This document shows positions 28,316 to 39,121 of a stretch of DNA of 64,000 bases, one piece after another. The notes below the pieces were generated by a model. The model was not told where the DNA came from. It saw nothing but the letters and a program-made list of their open reading frames with translations, and did no database searches. How positions within the stretch are numbered: the stretch's first letter is position 1; every line of letters begins with the position of its first letter. Made by a program: the position numbers and the translations under genes. Origin of the DNA: a virus (Duplodnaviria; Caudoviricetes); IMG/VR virus record IMGVR_UViG_3300020045_002727, positions 10,136 through 74,135 of that record, one strand, 5' to 3'.

Positions 28316-29041
28316 TTATTTAGAAAAACTTTTTATTACTTTAGCATTTACAGCAAATAATTCGACCTTGTCTGGTGATTCTATTTCCATATCAATTCTA
28401 AAGTTATACCCTCTTAAACTAGCCCCTTCTACTCTAGTATCTTTCATACCTATTATGAAATCGTTAACAGATAAAGCTGGAGGTGCTGCAAATGTTATAG
28501 TTTGAACTCCTGTACTCACAATAGTTCCGATTATAGTTAAATCTCCCCTGACAATTGTATCACCTACTGTTAATGATGAATTACCACCATTGTAAGATAT
28601 TGTGTTACCAGTTACTTGAGTGACTCTACCTATACCATAAGTGTATTTTGAATCGAACCTTGTAGCATCTTCACTTCGTCTAGTGTAAGCAAACCACATC
28701 CCTTCTTTTTTAATGAACTCTACAGTAGCTATTGAGCTACTTATATTATTCTCTGGGCTATCTATATAAGCTGTTATCACTGCATCCCATGGTTGATTAC
28801 CTTCTAAATTCAAAGCAATCATCTCTTTTACAGATGATGGTTCTTCGTTTACCATTGTGGATATTTTAGACTTATTTTGAACACCGTAGTATTCATTTCT
28901 GTCCCCTTTATGGTGTATGTATAAATTCCCATCTTTAAATGAAAAGAATCTATTATTCATACCGACCATCATATCAGGAGTGAAGGAGTGGAACGATGTC
29001 CACCCCTCTGCTCTTTCATCATGTGTTATTACTTGTCTCAT
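28316..29041 (-). CDS. Tail-associated structural protein
   Basis: WTSFHSFTPD motif typical of crAss-like tail C-terminal modules; follows the nozzle gene. Confidence 0.55.
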   Translation of the reverse strand: MRQVITHDERAEGWTSFHSFTPDMMVGMNNRFFSFKDGNLYIHHKGDRNEYYGVQNKSKISTMVNEEPSSVKEMIALNLEGNQPWDAVITAYIDSPENNISSSIATVEFIKKEGMWFAYTRRSEDATRFDSKYTYGIGRVTQVTGNTISYNGGNSSLTVGDTIVRGDLTIIGTIVSTGVQTITFAAPPALSVNDFIIGMKDTRVEGASLRGYNFRIDMEIESPDKVELFAVNAKVIKSFSK

Positions 29042-32000
29042 AGTGACTCAAATGTTTCTTCTGGGTTAGTACCCCTTGTTCTTGCTTTTAAATTAGCTAA
29101 TCTAGCTGTCGGTGATGTTAATGGACAAATTCCACTTATAGTCCAAGATGTTCCAGAATTAGGAGCGTAACAGTTTATAGTTGCTACAGATGGTAACGCT
29201 GATGTCTTATTGAATAATAATGTACCTGAACCAGAAACTAATCCTCCAGTAGTGGCTACAATATCACCATTCCAAACTATTTCAAACTCATCTGGAATAG
29301 TGAACGCATCATAACTTATACCACATTCACCTATTTCCAGACCGAATGATATTGGGAATGAAAAAGTACCTTCTCCACCTGTTTGAGTGAAACTACCTTC
29401 ACAACTTAATGCTATTGTTAAATTAACTGTAGCGGTGTTGCTATATTCAAATCCATCAAATAATCTATAAGTGAATGAATCTTCCTGCTCCGTTCCACCA
29501 TCATGTGTGTATGTAACCGTGTTATCAGGATTCACTATCACAGTTCCGTAATCAGGTTCTGTAACTATTTCAACGTTAAATCCAGTTAAATTACCTTCAT
29601 CATTGTTTAATACTGGTATAATCACTTCACTGTCAGTTTCACAATTAGCAAAATCATCCACGGCTACAGGAGGCGTGTTATAGTCCCAAATTAAATATAA
29701 GTATCTTTTATTCAATCTGTTGAATGTAAATGACCCAGATACTAATACATCCCCATTGTCATAATCAGTTTGAGATTTACTCAAGAATGTTGCAGCAGCC
29801 ATCAAATCTTCAATATCCGACTCACTATATAATGTATCAGAAACTAAAAATCCTAATCTATCTAAACTATCCATAACTCCATCTTGTGTGAAGTCTTTAA
29901 ATGATTCGATAGTTACGGTAGCTCCGTCTATAGGTACTGAACCTAAACCTTCAAAACTTGAAACATAATCATAAACAGTTAAACCAGTTATTGAGAATGG
30001 ATTGTAAAAGTGTTTGTAAGGACTTAAATACCCTGAATCAGACCATCTAAATCTACTATCTAAACTCTTACCTACATCACCTGAATCATTTGTTACCACT
30101 GATATGACTTCCAATTTAGGTGTTATTATACAAGTACCTGCAACCGATAAATTAACGTCATCAAATGGTGTAAATATCTCTAGTATTGCTGTACTAGGTG
30201 TGAATGAATCTTTAGGGAATATTAAATTACCTGCTCCTAAACCTGATGTTACAGGGTATCCTAACTCTACCAGTTGTGAATTGTAAGAAGGATTTCCTAC
30301 AAAACCTGTAGTGTAAGTAGAACCATCGTATGTTAATGTAAATCTCACTGGAACACCGTTAGTAGAATATGAGAATCCTGCATTCCCTACCTGAACTCCG
30401 TAAAATATTTCAGCATTCATTACACCACTAAAGTTAGTTCTTTTTATTGTTTGTTTACAATCCATTTTAACATTAGTGTTAATGTTCTCACCATCTGGAA
30501 GAATATTGTATTGGTCGTTAAAAGGGTCATAAGCACCTACTTTTTTAGTGTAGAATCCTTCTGAGAAAGTATCTTTGAAGTAATTACTCAATCCGTAGTT
30601 TATTTCAAATATACCGTCACCACCTAGTCTTAAAGGCATCCCTCTTTTGGTGTCAGTTATGTAAACTCTTTTAGCATTAAATGCAAAACTTTCTGGGTTT
30701 TTACTTATACCATATTCACCAGTGTAAGGGATGTATTGACCTAGAACGTCTGTAATCTTACCTACATTTCCAGTCCCATCAGCATTGTTAAGTATGGCTT
30801 TACCATACATTACATATCCAATTTTATCTTCTTGACACACTAATAAATCTGTATCCCTAGACCATATTTTTTGTATAGACCCATACTTCTTTTCAATGTC
30901 ATCTTTAAAGTTTGCTCTGGATAAATTAAACTCATTCAACCCGTTAATTCCACTACCTTCGTTATAAGGTTCACTGTAAGTTAAATCTGCATACCTCCTG
31001 TTCTCCTTGAATTTTTCAACTGTTGTACTTGATGGTTTTAAGTCCATGTTCACCCAGTTTGTATTGAAAGCACCTCTATAAGAGTTTGATTCAGCACCAT
31101 TACCAAATGCGAAACAATTGTAATAATCTATCTCTACAATGGCTTCGTTTATAGGGCTATCTTCTTGGTTTAGAATATTACCTTTATGTTTACCATCTTC
31201 AATCATGAATGTTTCAGAACTCTGGTAGTATATTTCATCTGGACTATCTTTAGGTTCAGTTTCAAATATTAAAAGACCAATAGTCTTGTTTATGTTAACT
31301 TCACCACTCATCCTTGATTTATGTTGACCGTTACCGTTCAAAACATTCCTTACAGCTAGATATAAAGCTCCTGATGGGTCTTCGTTAAAACCTGCACCAA
31401 ATGGTGTTTGAGTTACTTCACCTCTAACCCATCTAGTATCTGGTTCGTTAAATGGTGATAAAGCAGCTATAGTTTGTTCTGTGTTAAACCAGTCTTCAAT
31501 GTTCAAATAGTCTGCACCAGCGACAAAGGTTTTGTTCAATGTTTCAAGACCTCCTGAACTACCGTATTTGGTGTTCTCTAAATCAAATGTTATTTGAGTA
31601 CCTTGTGGTATTGCGATGTCCTCCCATAACATTGTTGTTTCATTGAAATTAGAAAAAGCTCCTAAATACATGTAGAAATTGTCACCCTTGCTACTAGCTT
31701 TGGCTTCAACGTTTATAAAGCTATCTTCTACATAATCTATATTAACTCCTACTGGAGGTTTAATCTTCATGTACTTACCAGCTTGTTCTATTATGTCTTC
31801 ACCATTACTGTCTTTGTTGTCAGTCAAGAAATCTTTTGGTTTATCTGAAACTTCTAAAACTCGAACTGTTTTTAATTGATTAACAAAACCATCTAAATCT
31901 GATTTGATGATTATGTTGTCATTTTCAGAAACTTTATCTTTGTTAGTACCTTCTAATTTAATCCATCTGAAAGCACCGTCTTCATAAAAGACATTAGCAT

Positions 32001-33786
32001 AAACTTCGTAATACCTAGTTTTATTTTGCTTAACTGCAATTCTATACCTATCAGCCCAATATGGTGGATTGTGTAATATACTAACCCTCATTTTGTTTTG
32101 GTTTACAGCATTTTCATGAGGTATAAACAAAGTGTTGTTTTCACTTGTTTGAATGGTACAACATCTACCTTGAGCATCAGAATATATCAAACCTGCTTCA
32201 TAACTCCTATTAGATTTTAAACTTGAACTTGTGGTTTCAATACTGTAATTTATTATCGTACCTACGTCATCAAAACCCCAATAAGACACAACTGCTGGAG
32301 GAGTGTCATCTATTAAATATTCAAAATAAGGAGCTGATATTGTTAAAGTGTTTGCTGTAGATGACACTATTTCAAAACCTGTTAAGTTTTGTACAACGCT
32401 GCCTGATGGAACTCCGCTAGGACTTACGATATAACCTACTTCAAATATGTTAGTCATTGTGACTGTAACAAACTCTATGAATGATTCACTACTAACTAAT
32501 TCGTTTACGTCTGTAAAGTTCTGTTCTAATACGTATGGAATACTTGATGTAAAACTACCATCTTCGTAAGTTTGTTCTTTTAGTAATATGTTGAATGTAA
32601 TTAAAGCTCCAGCTACTAACTCTTGACCTGTTAAATCTACAGTTAAATAATTGTCAGTTCCTCCGCTTCCACCAGTCGTAACTTCAAAAGGTAAAACTAA
32701 TGCATCTAAACTTCTAGTGAATAGACTAGGACTGAAATCTATATTTATGTCTTGACCATAGATGTCTACAATGTCATAATTCTCCAAGTAGTTACCATAC
32801 ATCAATCTATTACCTGAAACCTCTTGACTTTTAGCTAGTCTTGGTACATTGTCATATAATCTTGACAATTGACCGTCTGGTAGTGGTATGTATAACTTAC
32901 TATTAGAGAATGTATAATTTTGAATTGTCTCATCAGCCCACTCTTTAGCTTGTTTATTAAATCTTTCGATTATGTAAACAGTATTTGAATTTGAGGCTTT
33001 GACTAGAACTTCTATATCAGTGACTCTTTTACTACCTGTATCAAAGTTTATCTTTACAGAGTTGAACCTATTAACCATGGCAGCATTCTCCAAAACGTAA
33101 TAATCTACTTTAAACACTGATGGTATAAAGTAGTAATTTGTAAATGGTGATATTGCGCTATATTCACCATCTAAATATTTATATCTAGTGGCAAAAGCTA
33201 AGAATTTGTTTTCTAAATTGTTTTGTGATAACTCGTTTGAGAATGTAGGTAGTAATGTTGGGGCAAATACTGGAGGATTCTTTATTACTGCTATATCCTC
33301 TTCATCAAACCCGTCAACAGTATAAGTCTTTGCTCTATCAATATTTATCATTCTTGGTGGATTGAAATCATCCGTCCAAGCTAGTAAATCTTTAGAGCTG
33401 TCTTCATTTATTATTTTATTTATACCAGTTATCAAGTAGTTCTTATTGAAGTTTAAAACTCCGTCTGGTCTTGAAGATTCTAATAGAACAGTTGTAATTT
33501 CATTCAAATCATCATACTCTACCACTAAATCCTTTTCATCTGATGTAGTGAAGAAGTATAATTTTTGATTTGATGAATCAGCTAGGCAACCAATAGTTAC
33601 AGCATTTGTTAATTCAAAATCTGTTAATATTAAATTACCTAAATCATTCTCCATAGCACCGATGTGACTATCCCCAGAATCGATTACCCTCACGTTTTCA
33701 GCATGAGGGTATTCTCCTTTAGGTAAAAGTCTTTCGTCTATGTCTTTGTTCATTCTACTTTGAACGAATGTACTTTTATTTTCCAT
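29038..33786 (-). CDS. Tail nozzle / stabilisation protein (crAss muzzle- or P22 gp10-like) with Ig-like domains
   Basis: MNKDIDERLLPKGEY start, RLMYGNY, GISKNPESF; C-terminal PPVAVDD...DSFTY cadherin/Big-like domain. Confidence 0.75.
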   Translation of the reverse strand: MENKSTFVQSRMNKDIDERLLPKGEYPHAENVRVIDSGDSHIGAMENDLGNLILTDFELTNAVTIGCLADSSNQKLYFFTTSDEKDLVVEYDDLNEITTVLLESSRPDGVLNFNKNYLITGINKIINEDSSKDLLAWTDDFNPPRMINIDRAKTYTVDGFDEEDIAVIKNPPVFAPTLLPTFSNELSQNNLENKFLAFATRYKYLDGEYSAISPFTNYYFIPSVFKVDYYVLENAAMVNRFNSVKINFDTGSKRVTDIEVLVKASNSNTVYIIERFNKQAKEWADETIQNYTFSNSKLYIPLPDGQLSRLYDNVPRLAKSQEVSGNRLMYGNYLENYDIVDIYGQDINIDFSPSLFTRSLDALVLPFEVTTGGSGGTDNYLTVDLTGQELVAGALITFNILLKEQTYEDGSFTSSIPYVLEQNFTDVNELVSSESFIEFVTVTMTNIFEVGYIVSPSGVPSGSVVQNLTGFEIVSSTANTLTISAPYFEYLIDDTPPAVVSYWGFDDVGTIINYSIETTSSSLKSNRSYEAGLIYSDAQGRCCTIQTSENNTLFIPHENAVNQNKMRVSILHNPPYWADRYRIAVKQNKTRYYEVYANVFYEDGAFRWIKLEGTNKDKVSENDNIIIKSDLDGFVNQLKTVRVLEVSDKPKDFLTDNKDSNGEDIIEQAGKYMKIKPPVGVNIDYVEDSFINVEAKASSKGDNFYMYLGAFSNFNETTMLWEDIAIPQGTQITFDLENTKYGSSGGLETLNKTFVAGADYLNIEDWFNTEQTIAALSPFNEPDTRWVRGEVTQTPFGAGFNEDPSGALYLAVRNVLNGNGQHKSRMSGEVNINKTIGLLIFETEPKDSPDEIYYQSSETFMIEDGKHKGNILNQEDSPINEAIVEIDYYNCFAFGNGAESNSYRGAFNTNWVNMDLKPSSTTVEKFKENRRYADLTYSEPYNEGSGINGLNEFNLSRANFKDDIEKKYGSIQKIWSRDTDLLVCQEDKIGYVMYGKAILNNADGTGNVGKITDVLGQYIPYTGEYGISKNPESFAFNAKRVYITDTKRGMPLRLGGDGIFEINYGLSNYFKDTFSEGFYTKKVGAYDPFNDQYNILPDGENINTNVKMDCKQTIKRTNFSGVMNAEIFYGVQVGNAGFSYSTNGVPVRFTLTYDGSTYTTGFVGNPSYNSQLVELGYPVTSGLGAGNLIFPKDSFTPSTAILEIFTPFDDVNLSVAGTCIITPKLEVISVVTNDSGDVGKSLDSRFRWSDSGYLSPYKHFYNPFSITGLTVYDYVSSFEGLGSVPIDGATVTIESFKDFTQDGVMDSLDRLGFLVSDTLYSESDIEDLMAAATFLSKSQTDYDNGDVLVSGSFTFNRLNKRYLYLIWDYNTPPVAVDDFANCETDSEVIIPVLNNDEGNLTGFNVEIVTEPDYGTVIVNPDNTVTYTHDGGTEQEDSFTYRLFDGFEYSNTATVNLTIALSCEGSFTQTGGEGTFSFPISFGLEIGECGISYDAFTIPDEFEIVWNGDIVATTGGLVSGSGTLLFNKTSALPSVATINCYAPNSGTSWTISGICPLTSPTARLANLKARTRGTNPEETFESL

Positions 33787-33788
33787 GG

Positions 33789-34052
33789 TTATAGTACGGC
33801 TATGATTGTTGATTTGTTGACAAACACATAATCTTTGTCGTTTGTATTATAAGATGTACCTTTACCATACATCACTAAAATTGTATCACCTTCAAATACT
33901 TCTTCATCACCTTGTACCACTTTCAATTTCTCATACCTTTCTTCACGTTGCATTTTTGGTGCATAAAGTCCGTGTTTGACGTTATCTGATTCTAGTGGTT
34001 CTGCTAGAATGTGATTGTTCCATAATTTCTTTACGATTCCTGTTTTATCCAT
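33789..34052 (-). CDS. groES: GroES-like co-chaperonin
   Basis: HILAEP...GLYAP...KVV...VFEGDTILV...YVFV...IIAVL follows the Cpn10 pattern. Confidence 0.7.
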   Translation of the reverse strand: MDKTGIVKKLWNNHILAEPLESDNVKHGLYAPKMQREERYEKLKVVQGDEEVFEGDTILVMYGKGTSYNTNDKDYVFVNKSTIIAVL

Positions 34053-34885
34053 TGTGATTCACCTTTAAATGTTTGTAATATGTCTTCTTGTCTTAATGTA
34101 TTAATTCTACGTTTTGTTATCCTACGCATGTTATAGAACTCTTTCTTAGCTCTTTGTTTCTCGTTGGCTGGAACATTCCTCATTTGTCTAATCAAAGCAT
34201 AATAAATAAAGTTCATTAATGCTTCCTCTGCAAATTTGTGTATCCTAACATCTTTCTCTGGTCTACCTTCACATCCTGTAAACAAGCCATCTGAAATGTA
34301 TTCAAGAACTATGTTTTTACCTCTAACGTCTTGACCAAACTCAATAACACCAGCCTCTTTATCCATTCTGAATTTACCATTCTTAAAAACCTTACTCATG
34401 TCTTTATTTGGTGAGAATCCATAACCGACTCTACTTAACTCTTCAACGGTCATGGTATCAGAAGTATTCTCCCTAACACCTGAACCAATTAACACACATC
34501 CTTCATCATCGTACAAGTACTCATAATTATCTGCTTGTAAATAAGCTGCTGCAAGGTTTAGAGATGAATCTACTGCCAGTGGGTGTAAATGACCATTATC
34601 GTCTACCCAGCATATTCTAACATAACTAACGAAATCTGGAGGTAGTATCACACTTAAACTTGGTGATAACTCTAATTCGATTCTCCTAACTTCACGAACT
34701 ATATCATAATAAAGCTCCCTCATACCTCGTCTAGCTTGATAAACTATTTGAAATCTTGGTATAGATGCTGTGTAATCATCTGTAGTTCTGGACATAACAT
34801 AGTTATTTATGATGTCCTCTAGTTTGACATATTGGTAATTACCAAACTCACTAGGGTCTCCTGTGTAATAATCTATTGCTGCCAT
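34031..34885 (-). CDS. Tail ring / adaptor protein
   Basis: crAss-like ring-protein pattern (IVLEYISDGL, KFAEEAL). Confidence 0.6.
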   Translation of the reverse strand: MAAIDYYTGDPSEFGNYQYVKLEDIINNYVMSRTTDDYTASIPRFQIVYQARRGMRELYYDIVREVRRIELELSPSLSVILPPDFVSYVRICWVDDNGHLHPLAVDSSLNLAAAYLQADNYEYLYDDEGCVLIGSGVRENTSDTMTVEELSRVGYGFSPNKDMSKVFKNGKFRMDKEAGVIEFGQDVRGKNIVLEYISDGLFTGCEGRPEKDVRIHKFAEEALMNFIYYALIRQMRNVPANEKQRAKKEFYNMRRITKRRINTLRQEDILQTFKGESQWIKQES

Positions 34886-34888
34886 CTA

Positions 34889-35590
34889 TTATTCTTGGTT
34901 TTCTATTTTTACTTGTTGTTTTAAACTCTCTGTTATTTGGACTATGTCTGACTCCCTTAATGTAATTCCAAAATAACTTAACACTTTAATCACAATATTT
35001 GAAAACTCTGATTCATGTAATTCAAAATCTTGAAAACTTGGATTAGTTGAATCGAACATCACTTCATTATTTGGTAAAACAAAGTAAGTCCATTTTGGGG
35101 CTTTAGGAGTACGTAAATATCTACAATCAACATTCACTATCACAGAAGCAGGATAGACCTTTATATACGTGTTAAAACGCTCGTAGACAGGGTATGTTAA
35201 TGTCGGTTTAGCATCTGATTTATTTAAGAAGGCTAAATCTTTCCTTTCTACTTCTTCAATTACAGCTCCGTTGGATGGGAGTACTATACCATCTTCCTCT
35301 ATTAAATAAAGGTTTGTAGGTAATACGTGAGTACCCGATGTATAAACTAATGGTGCTGATGCAGCAAATTGGTCTATTCTTTGTCTTTGGATGAAGGGTA
35401 AGTTTGAATAACCTTCATTCGACAATCCTCTATTTTGCTTGTTTTTATCACGGTTCTCGTCTTCAAAATACCCTCTAAATATTTCCATTTGTACGAGGTT
35501 AGATATTTTGTTAAACTCTTCTGGAGTCACGTAGCCCTGATTGTCTTTACTGAGTACAGTAAGTACTGTTTGGTAAACTAAGTCTATCAT
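34889..35590 (-). CDS. Tail ring / tubular protein A-like
   Basis: KDNQGYVTPEEFN, YLRTPKAPKW, FELHESE. Confidence 0.6.
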   Translation of the reverse strand: MIDLVYQTVLTVLSKDNQGYVTPEEFNKISNLVQMEIFRGYFEDENRDKNKQNRGLSNEGYSNLPFIQRQRIDQFAASAPLVYTSGTHVLPTNLYLIEEDGIVLPSNGAVIEEVERKDLAFLNKSDAKPTLTYPVYERFNTYIKVYPASVIVNVDCRYLRTPKAPKWTYFVLPNNEVMFDSTNPSFQDFELHESEFSNIVIKVLSYFGITLRESDIVQITESLKQQVKIENQE

Positions 35591-35605
35591 TATTTAATTT
35601 TTTTA

Positions 35606-35613
35606 CAAAGTTA
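35606..35613 (-). promoter_or_regulatory. -7 promoter element (TAACTTTG)
   Basis: CAAAGTTA on + strand upstream of the ATG at 35590. Confidence 0.65.
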
Positions 35614-35641
35614 ATCTATTTTATTATAGTATGCAAATAAA

Positions 35642-35669
35642 AAACCCTCATATTTTAGTATGAGGGTTT
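35642..35669 (-). terminator. Intrinsic terminator
   Basis: AAACCCTCATA-TTTTAG-TATGAGGGTTT. Confidence 0.8.
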
Positions 35670-35686
35670 GATTTTATTTGTATGCT

Positions 35687-36514
35687 TTAGCTTCTTTTAA
35701 TAATCTCATCTAAGATAAGCATTCCCTCATCTGTTGATAAGTAATCAGAGAAATGGTCAACTGGTTTGATACCTAATGGAACATTGATTATGACTGATTT
35801 ATCATTAGCCCACATCACCGTTCTGTTGTTAGGTGCTACCAAGATAACTCCTTCACTAATCGCTCTTAAAGTAAGGTATTTTCTGTTAACTGATTCATCA
35901 TCGAAAATGTTAACGTTACCTTTATTGTCTACAAATCGGTAAGGATTTTCATCTACAAATTTGTAAATCTCTCTTTTCATTTCTGACTTACTCATGTCAC
36001 GTACTGCTGCAACACTTCCTTTCAATACAGCTGTTAGACTTTCAAGAGCATAAATTCCATCTTTCTCTTTTTCTTTGTCTCTAATAGCTTGTTTTATATC
36101 TAGCACTAACTCTTCTTTTACGATGTCATTTTGTGCTTCTTTTTCATCATTAACTTCCTCAAATAATCCTCCACCATTGATAGCGTTATCAGGGTGAGCA
36201 TCAAGAAATCTTTGTGTTTGAATCTCAGTTGGTTTTGTTTCCAAATAACCTGATTCAAAAATAAGTGGGACTACTATTGCGTAATCACTTTGTTCATCTT
36301 GAAATATTGATTTTTCATTAGGGCAGTGTTTAATTGCTCGGTTGTAACCAACTGTTTCATCATAGACTAACAAATCACCTTTTCTCCCTACTTTTAACAT
36401 GAAAGCCATTCCAGCTCTATCATTAAGCAACCTGTAGGATTTTGCTTTTAATTCTGATTTTTGTTTAATCGCTTTTTGTGCAGGTTTCCCTACTACTTTT
36501 TTAACTTCGTCCAT
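35687..36514 (-). CDS. Conserved protein downstream of major capsid gene
   Basis: 275 aa; function unclear. Confidence 0.6.
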   Translation of the reverse strand: MDEVKKVVGKPAQKAIKQKSELKAKSYRLLNDRAGMAFMLKVGRKGDLLVYDETVGYNRAIKHCPNEKSIFQDEQSDYAIVVPLIFESGYLETKPTEIQTQRFLDAHPDNAINGGGLFEEVNDEKEAQNDIVKEELVLDIKQAIRDKEKEKDGIYALESLTAVLKGSVAAVRDMSKSEMKREIYKFVDENPYRFVDNKGNVNIFDDESVNRKYLTLRAISEGVILVAPNNRTVMWANDKSVIINVPLGIKPVDHFSDYLSTDEGMLILDEIIKRS

Positions 36515-36539
36515 TTCTATTTATAATTTAATTAAAATA

Positions 36540-36561
36540 AGAGGGGCTTTTACACCCCTCT
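36540..36561 (-). terminator. Hairpin/terminator after capsid gene
   Basis: AGAGGGG-N8-CCCCTCT. Confidence 0.6.
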
Positions 36562-36575
36562 CTATATTTTTGTTA

Positions 36576-37913
36576 TTAGTTTCCTTCAAATAACATGAAG
36601 TTGTTTGCACCTGCTAAACAAAGACCTCTTTCTGAAAGTCTGTTAACTTTCATTTTATCATTGTCATCAGTATGAACTCCACCAACAGAACCTGTTACCC
36701 AAGTTTTGTATTTACGGTTTTCATTAGCTGTAGCTCTATACTTAACGTGTAAGTAAGGAGTTGCTACTTTATCACCGTCCATACCTTCACCTTCGTAAAC
36801 TTCTTTAGTTCCTACTGGTACTAATAGACCTCTTGTTTTAACTGCACCATCAACTGCACCTAACAATGTTGGGTCGTTTAATAGTTTCCAGTCAGTTTTG
36901 AAGAATGAATAACTTCCTCTAACGAATCCACGGAAACCTAAGTTTACAGCCATGTCTTTATCGTTATCGAACATACCGTAAGAAACTCCACCACCGTAAC
37001 CAGCGTTTAATTCTCCTAGTAAGTTATCAATTCCTAATGATTGGTCACGGTCACAGTAGAACATGTAAGAATCTAATTTACCTTGTGCATCAAATCTTTT
37101 TAAGATTGTATCCCACTCTGGTAATGTGTCAGCAATACCTTGGAAAGTATTACCTCTGATTCCGATTGATTCAAATGCACCTTCTGTACCTTTAAGAGAT
37201 ATTGTAGCAGCGGCTGCGCCTAACTCTGCTGATTGACCTAACATTGCTGCTAATTCAAATGTATCCTCAAATCTACGTCTTGAATCTGTTTCTGATTCCA
37301 TGAACCATAAATAACCACCGTTAGATGTTTTTACCCATCCGATTTGAGATGCTTCTGAACCAGAAACTTCATAGTTATCTTTCATGATAACTGGGTTATT
37401 TTTCAAGATTGTGAAGTCTGTTTCAAGACTACCTTGCATACCTGCTGTACCTTTACGGAACTCTGAACCGAAAGCAAAAACTGTTAAGTTTGTTGTTCCT
37501 AATGCAGTGAATCCAGCTGTTTTGTAAGCAGCTAATGTAAATGTATCAGTGTCGATTGCTGTAACAACCCCAATTCTTTTTGCTGAACTATCAGAAACGT
37601 GTACTAATTCATTCAATCTAAAGTTGTGACCAGCTTTAGTGAATACGTTACCTGACCTTGCTACGTCTTTGTACACTGTGTGTAAACGACCTTTCTCTGT
37701 CCAAATCCATTGGTCAGATGCTACTGGTTTCTCCGCATCCATGATACGAAGCATACCGTTCACAGATTGTGAACCATAAATATTAACCAACTCATCATAT
37801 GTATCTGGAGCATATTGACTTGTATAGTCAAAAAGCGAGATGTAATTTGTTGGAAGCTGCGCCTTAACCGCTGATGGTTGTAAAGCTGGAGCTGGTGTTG
37901 CGTTTAATGCCAT
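36576..37913 (-). CDS. Major capsid protein
   Basis: 445 aa after portal and scaffold; crAss-like pattern (W.EKGRLH, FGSEF.KG, IMKDNYEVSGS, SERGLC..GANNF); highly biased codons. Confidence 0.85.
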   Translation of the reverse strand: MALNATPAPALQPSAVKAQLPTNYISLFDYTSQYAPDTYDELVNIYGSQSVNGMLRIMDAEKPVASDQWIWTEKGRLHTVYKDVARSGNVFTKAGHNFRLNELVHVSDSSAKRIGVVTAIDTDTFTLAAYKTAGFTALGTTNLTVFAFGSEFRKGTAGMQGSLETDFTILKNNPVIMKDNYEVSGSEASQIGWVKTSNGGYLWFMESETDSRRRFEDTFELAAMLGQSAELGAAAATISLKGTEGAFESIGIRGNTFQGIADTLPEWDTILKRFDAQGKLDSYMFYCDRDQSLGIDNLLGELNAGYGGGVSYGMFDNDKDMAVNLGFRGFVRGSYSFFKTDWKLLNDPTLLGAVDGAVKTRGLLVPVGTKEVYEGEGMDGDKVATPYLHVKYRATANENRKYKTWVTGSVGGVHTDDNDKMKVNRLSERGLCLAGANNFMLFEGN

Positions 37914-37942
37914 TGTATAATTGTTTTAAAAATTCTTGTTTA

Positions 37943-39064
37943 TTATTTTTGTTTTGACCTTCCAAATTTAGCTCTTGTACCAGTACCGATAATCTTATCT
38001 AGTCCTTCGATAACAATTCCTTTGTTATCCCCGTCTGGTTGTGCTGAATTATTGCTTGTTCTGTCTATTGTGATGTTGTTAGCATCCTTGATTAATTCGT
38101 CTGCGCCTGATGCTTTACCTTGTTGATAAGCGGCTTTAACAATCTTATCAAAGTTTTTTATCTTCAATGCATCTGCTACGACTGCATCGTGATTAAATGA
38201 ACCGTCTGCGTTTCTCCAGTGTGGCATTTCTTGTAAGAATGATGGTAAATCTTTCTTGTCTTCTGGTGTCATGTTGTACTTAATATCTAAACCTTCGTCT
38301 AAATTTATCTCCAACCCAGCCATGCTTTCTACTGATTCAGCAATTCCTTTGTCATAATCTTGTTGTTCTTTAACAACTTTTTCATAACTCTCTCTTGCTG
38401 ATTTTGCAAACTCTACTTCGGTTTTAATCTCTGCTGGAATTTCGTTGTAACCTTCAATAGGTTTACCTAATTCTAATTTTAAATCTTCTAAAACTTTACC
38501 TTCATTGGTGATGAGTTTCTTTAAGTTTAATGTTTTGACTTCAATATCTTCTTCTAAATCAGAATCTGATTCAAGATATTGACTTAACTCTAACTCTATT
38601 TCTTTCGCATTGAAAGTAGGGTATTTTAAAGTAAGAATCTCTCTTGCTTTATCAATATCCGACATAGTTGAGTAGTCTTTATTATACTTAACCCATTCTT
38701 CTACTGGTCTCCCAGTTCTTTTAGACCATTCATCAATCGCTTGTACTTGTGGATTCAGCTGTTTCTCCTCAGTTTTAGTTAATTCGTCTAAACTACCGAT
38801 TGTACGTCCTAGCCTCTCGCTTAGAACCTCTAATAGTTTTGAATCTTCTATTGTTGTTTGCTCTTGTGAATTTGTATTGTTTGCGGCTGCTGCCTCTGCT
38901 GCGACTCTGTCGGCTTCTGCTTGAGCTGTTGCTGCTTCTGTATTTTGTAATTCTGCTTCGGCTGCTAACCTAGCGGCTTCTGCTTCTGCGGCTGCATTTT
39001 CTGCATCTTGATTAGTATTTTCACTTAAATCTAAAAATACTTGTTCTTCATTTTCTAATGCCAT
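37943..39064 (-). CDS. Capsid scaffolding protein
   Basis: Acidic, with Ala-rich low-complexity N-terminus; between portal and capsid genes. Confidence 0.7.
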   Translation of the reverse strand: MALENEEQVFLDLSENTNQDAENAAAEAEAARLAAEAELQNTEAATAQAEADRVAAEAAAANNTNSQEQTTIEDSKLLEVLSERLGRTIGSLDELTKTEEKQLNPQVQAIDEWSKRTGRPVEEWVKYNKDYSTMSDIDKAREILTLKYPTFNAKEIELELSQYLESDSDLEEDIEVKTLNLKKLITNEGKVLEDLKLELGKPIEGYNEIPAEIKTEVEFAKSARESYEKVVKEQQDYDKGIAESVESMAGLEINLDEGLDIKYNMTPEDKKDLPSFLQEMPHWRNADGSFNHDAVVADALKIKNFDKIVKAAYQQGKASGADELIKDANNITIDRTSNNSAQPDGDNKGIVIEGLDKIIGTGTRAKFGRSKQK

Positions 39065-39090
39065 TTGATATTTTATTTAATTTTATACTG

Positions 39091-39098
39091 CAAATATA
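39091..39098 (-). promoter_or_regulatory. -7 promoter element (TATATTTG) for scaffold/capsid
   Basis: CAAATATA on + strand upstream of the ATG at 39064. Confidence 0.7.
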
Positions 39099-39121
39099 AT
39101 GAAAAAAATAGAACCCCTTTT

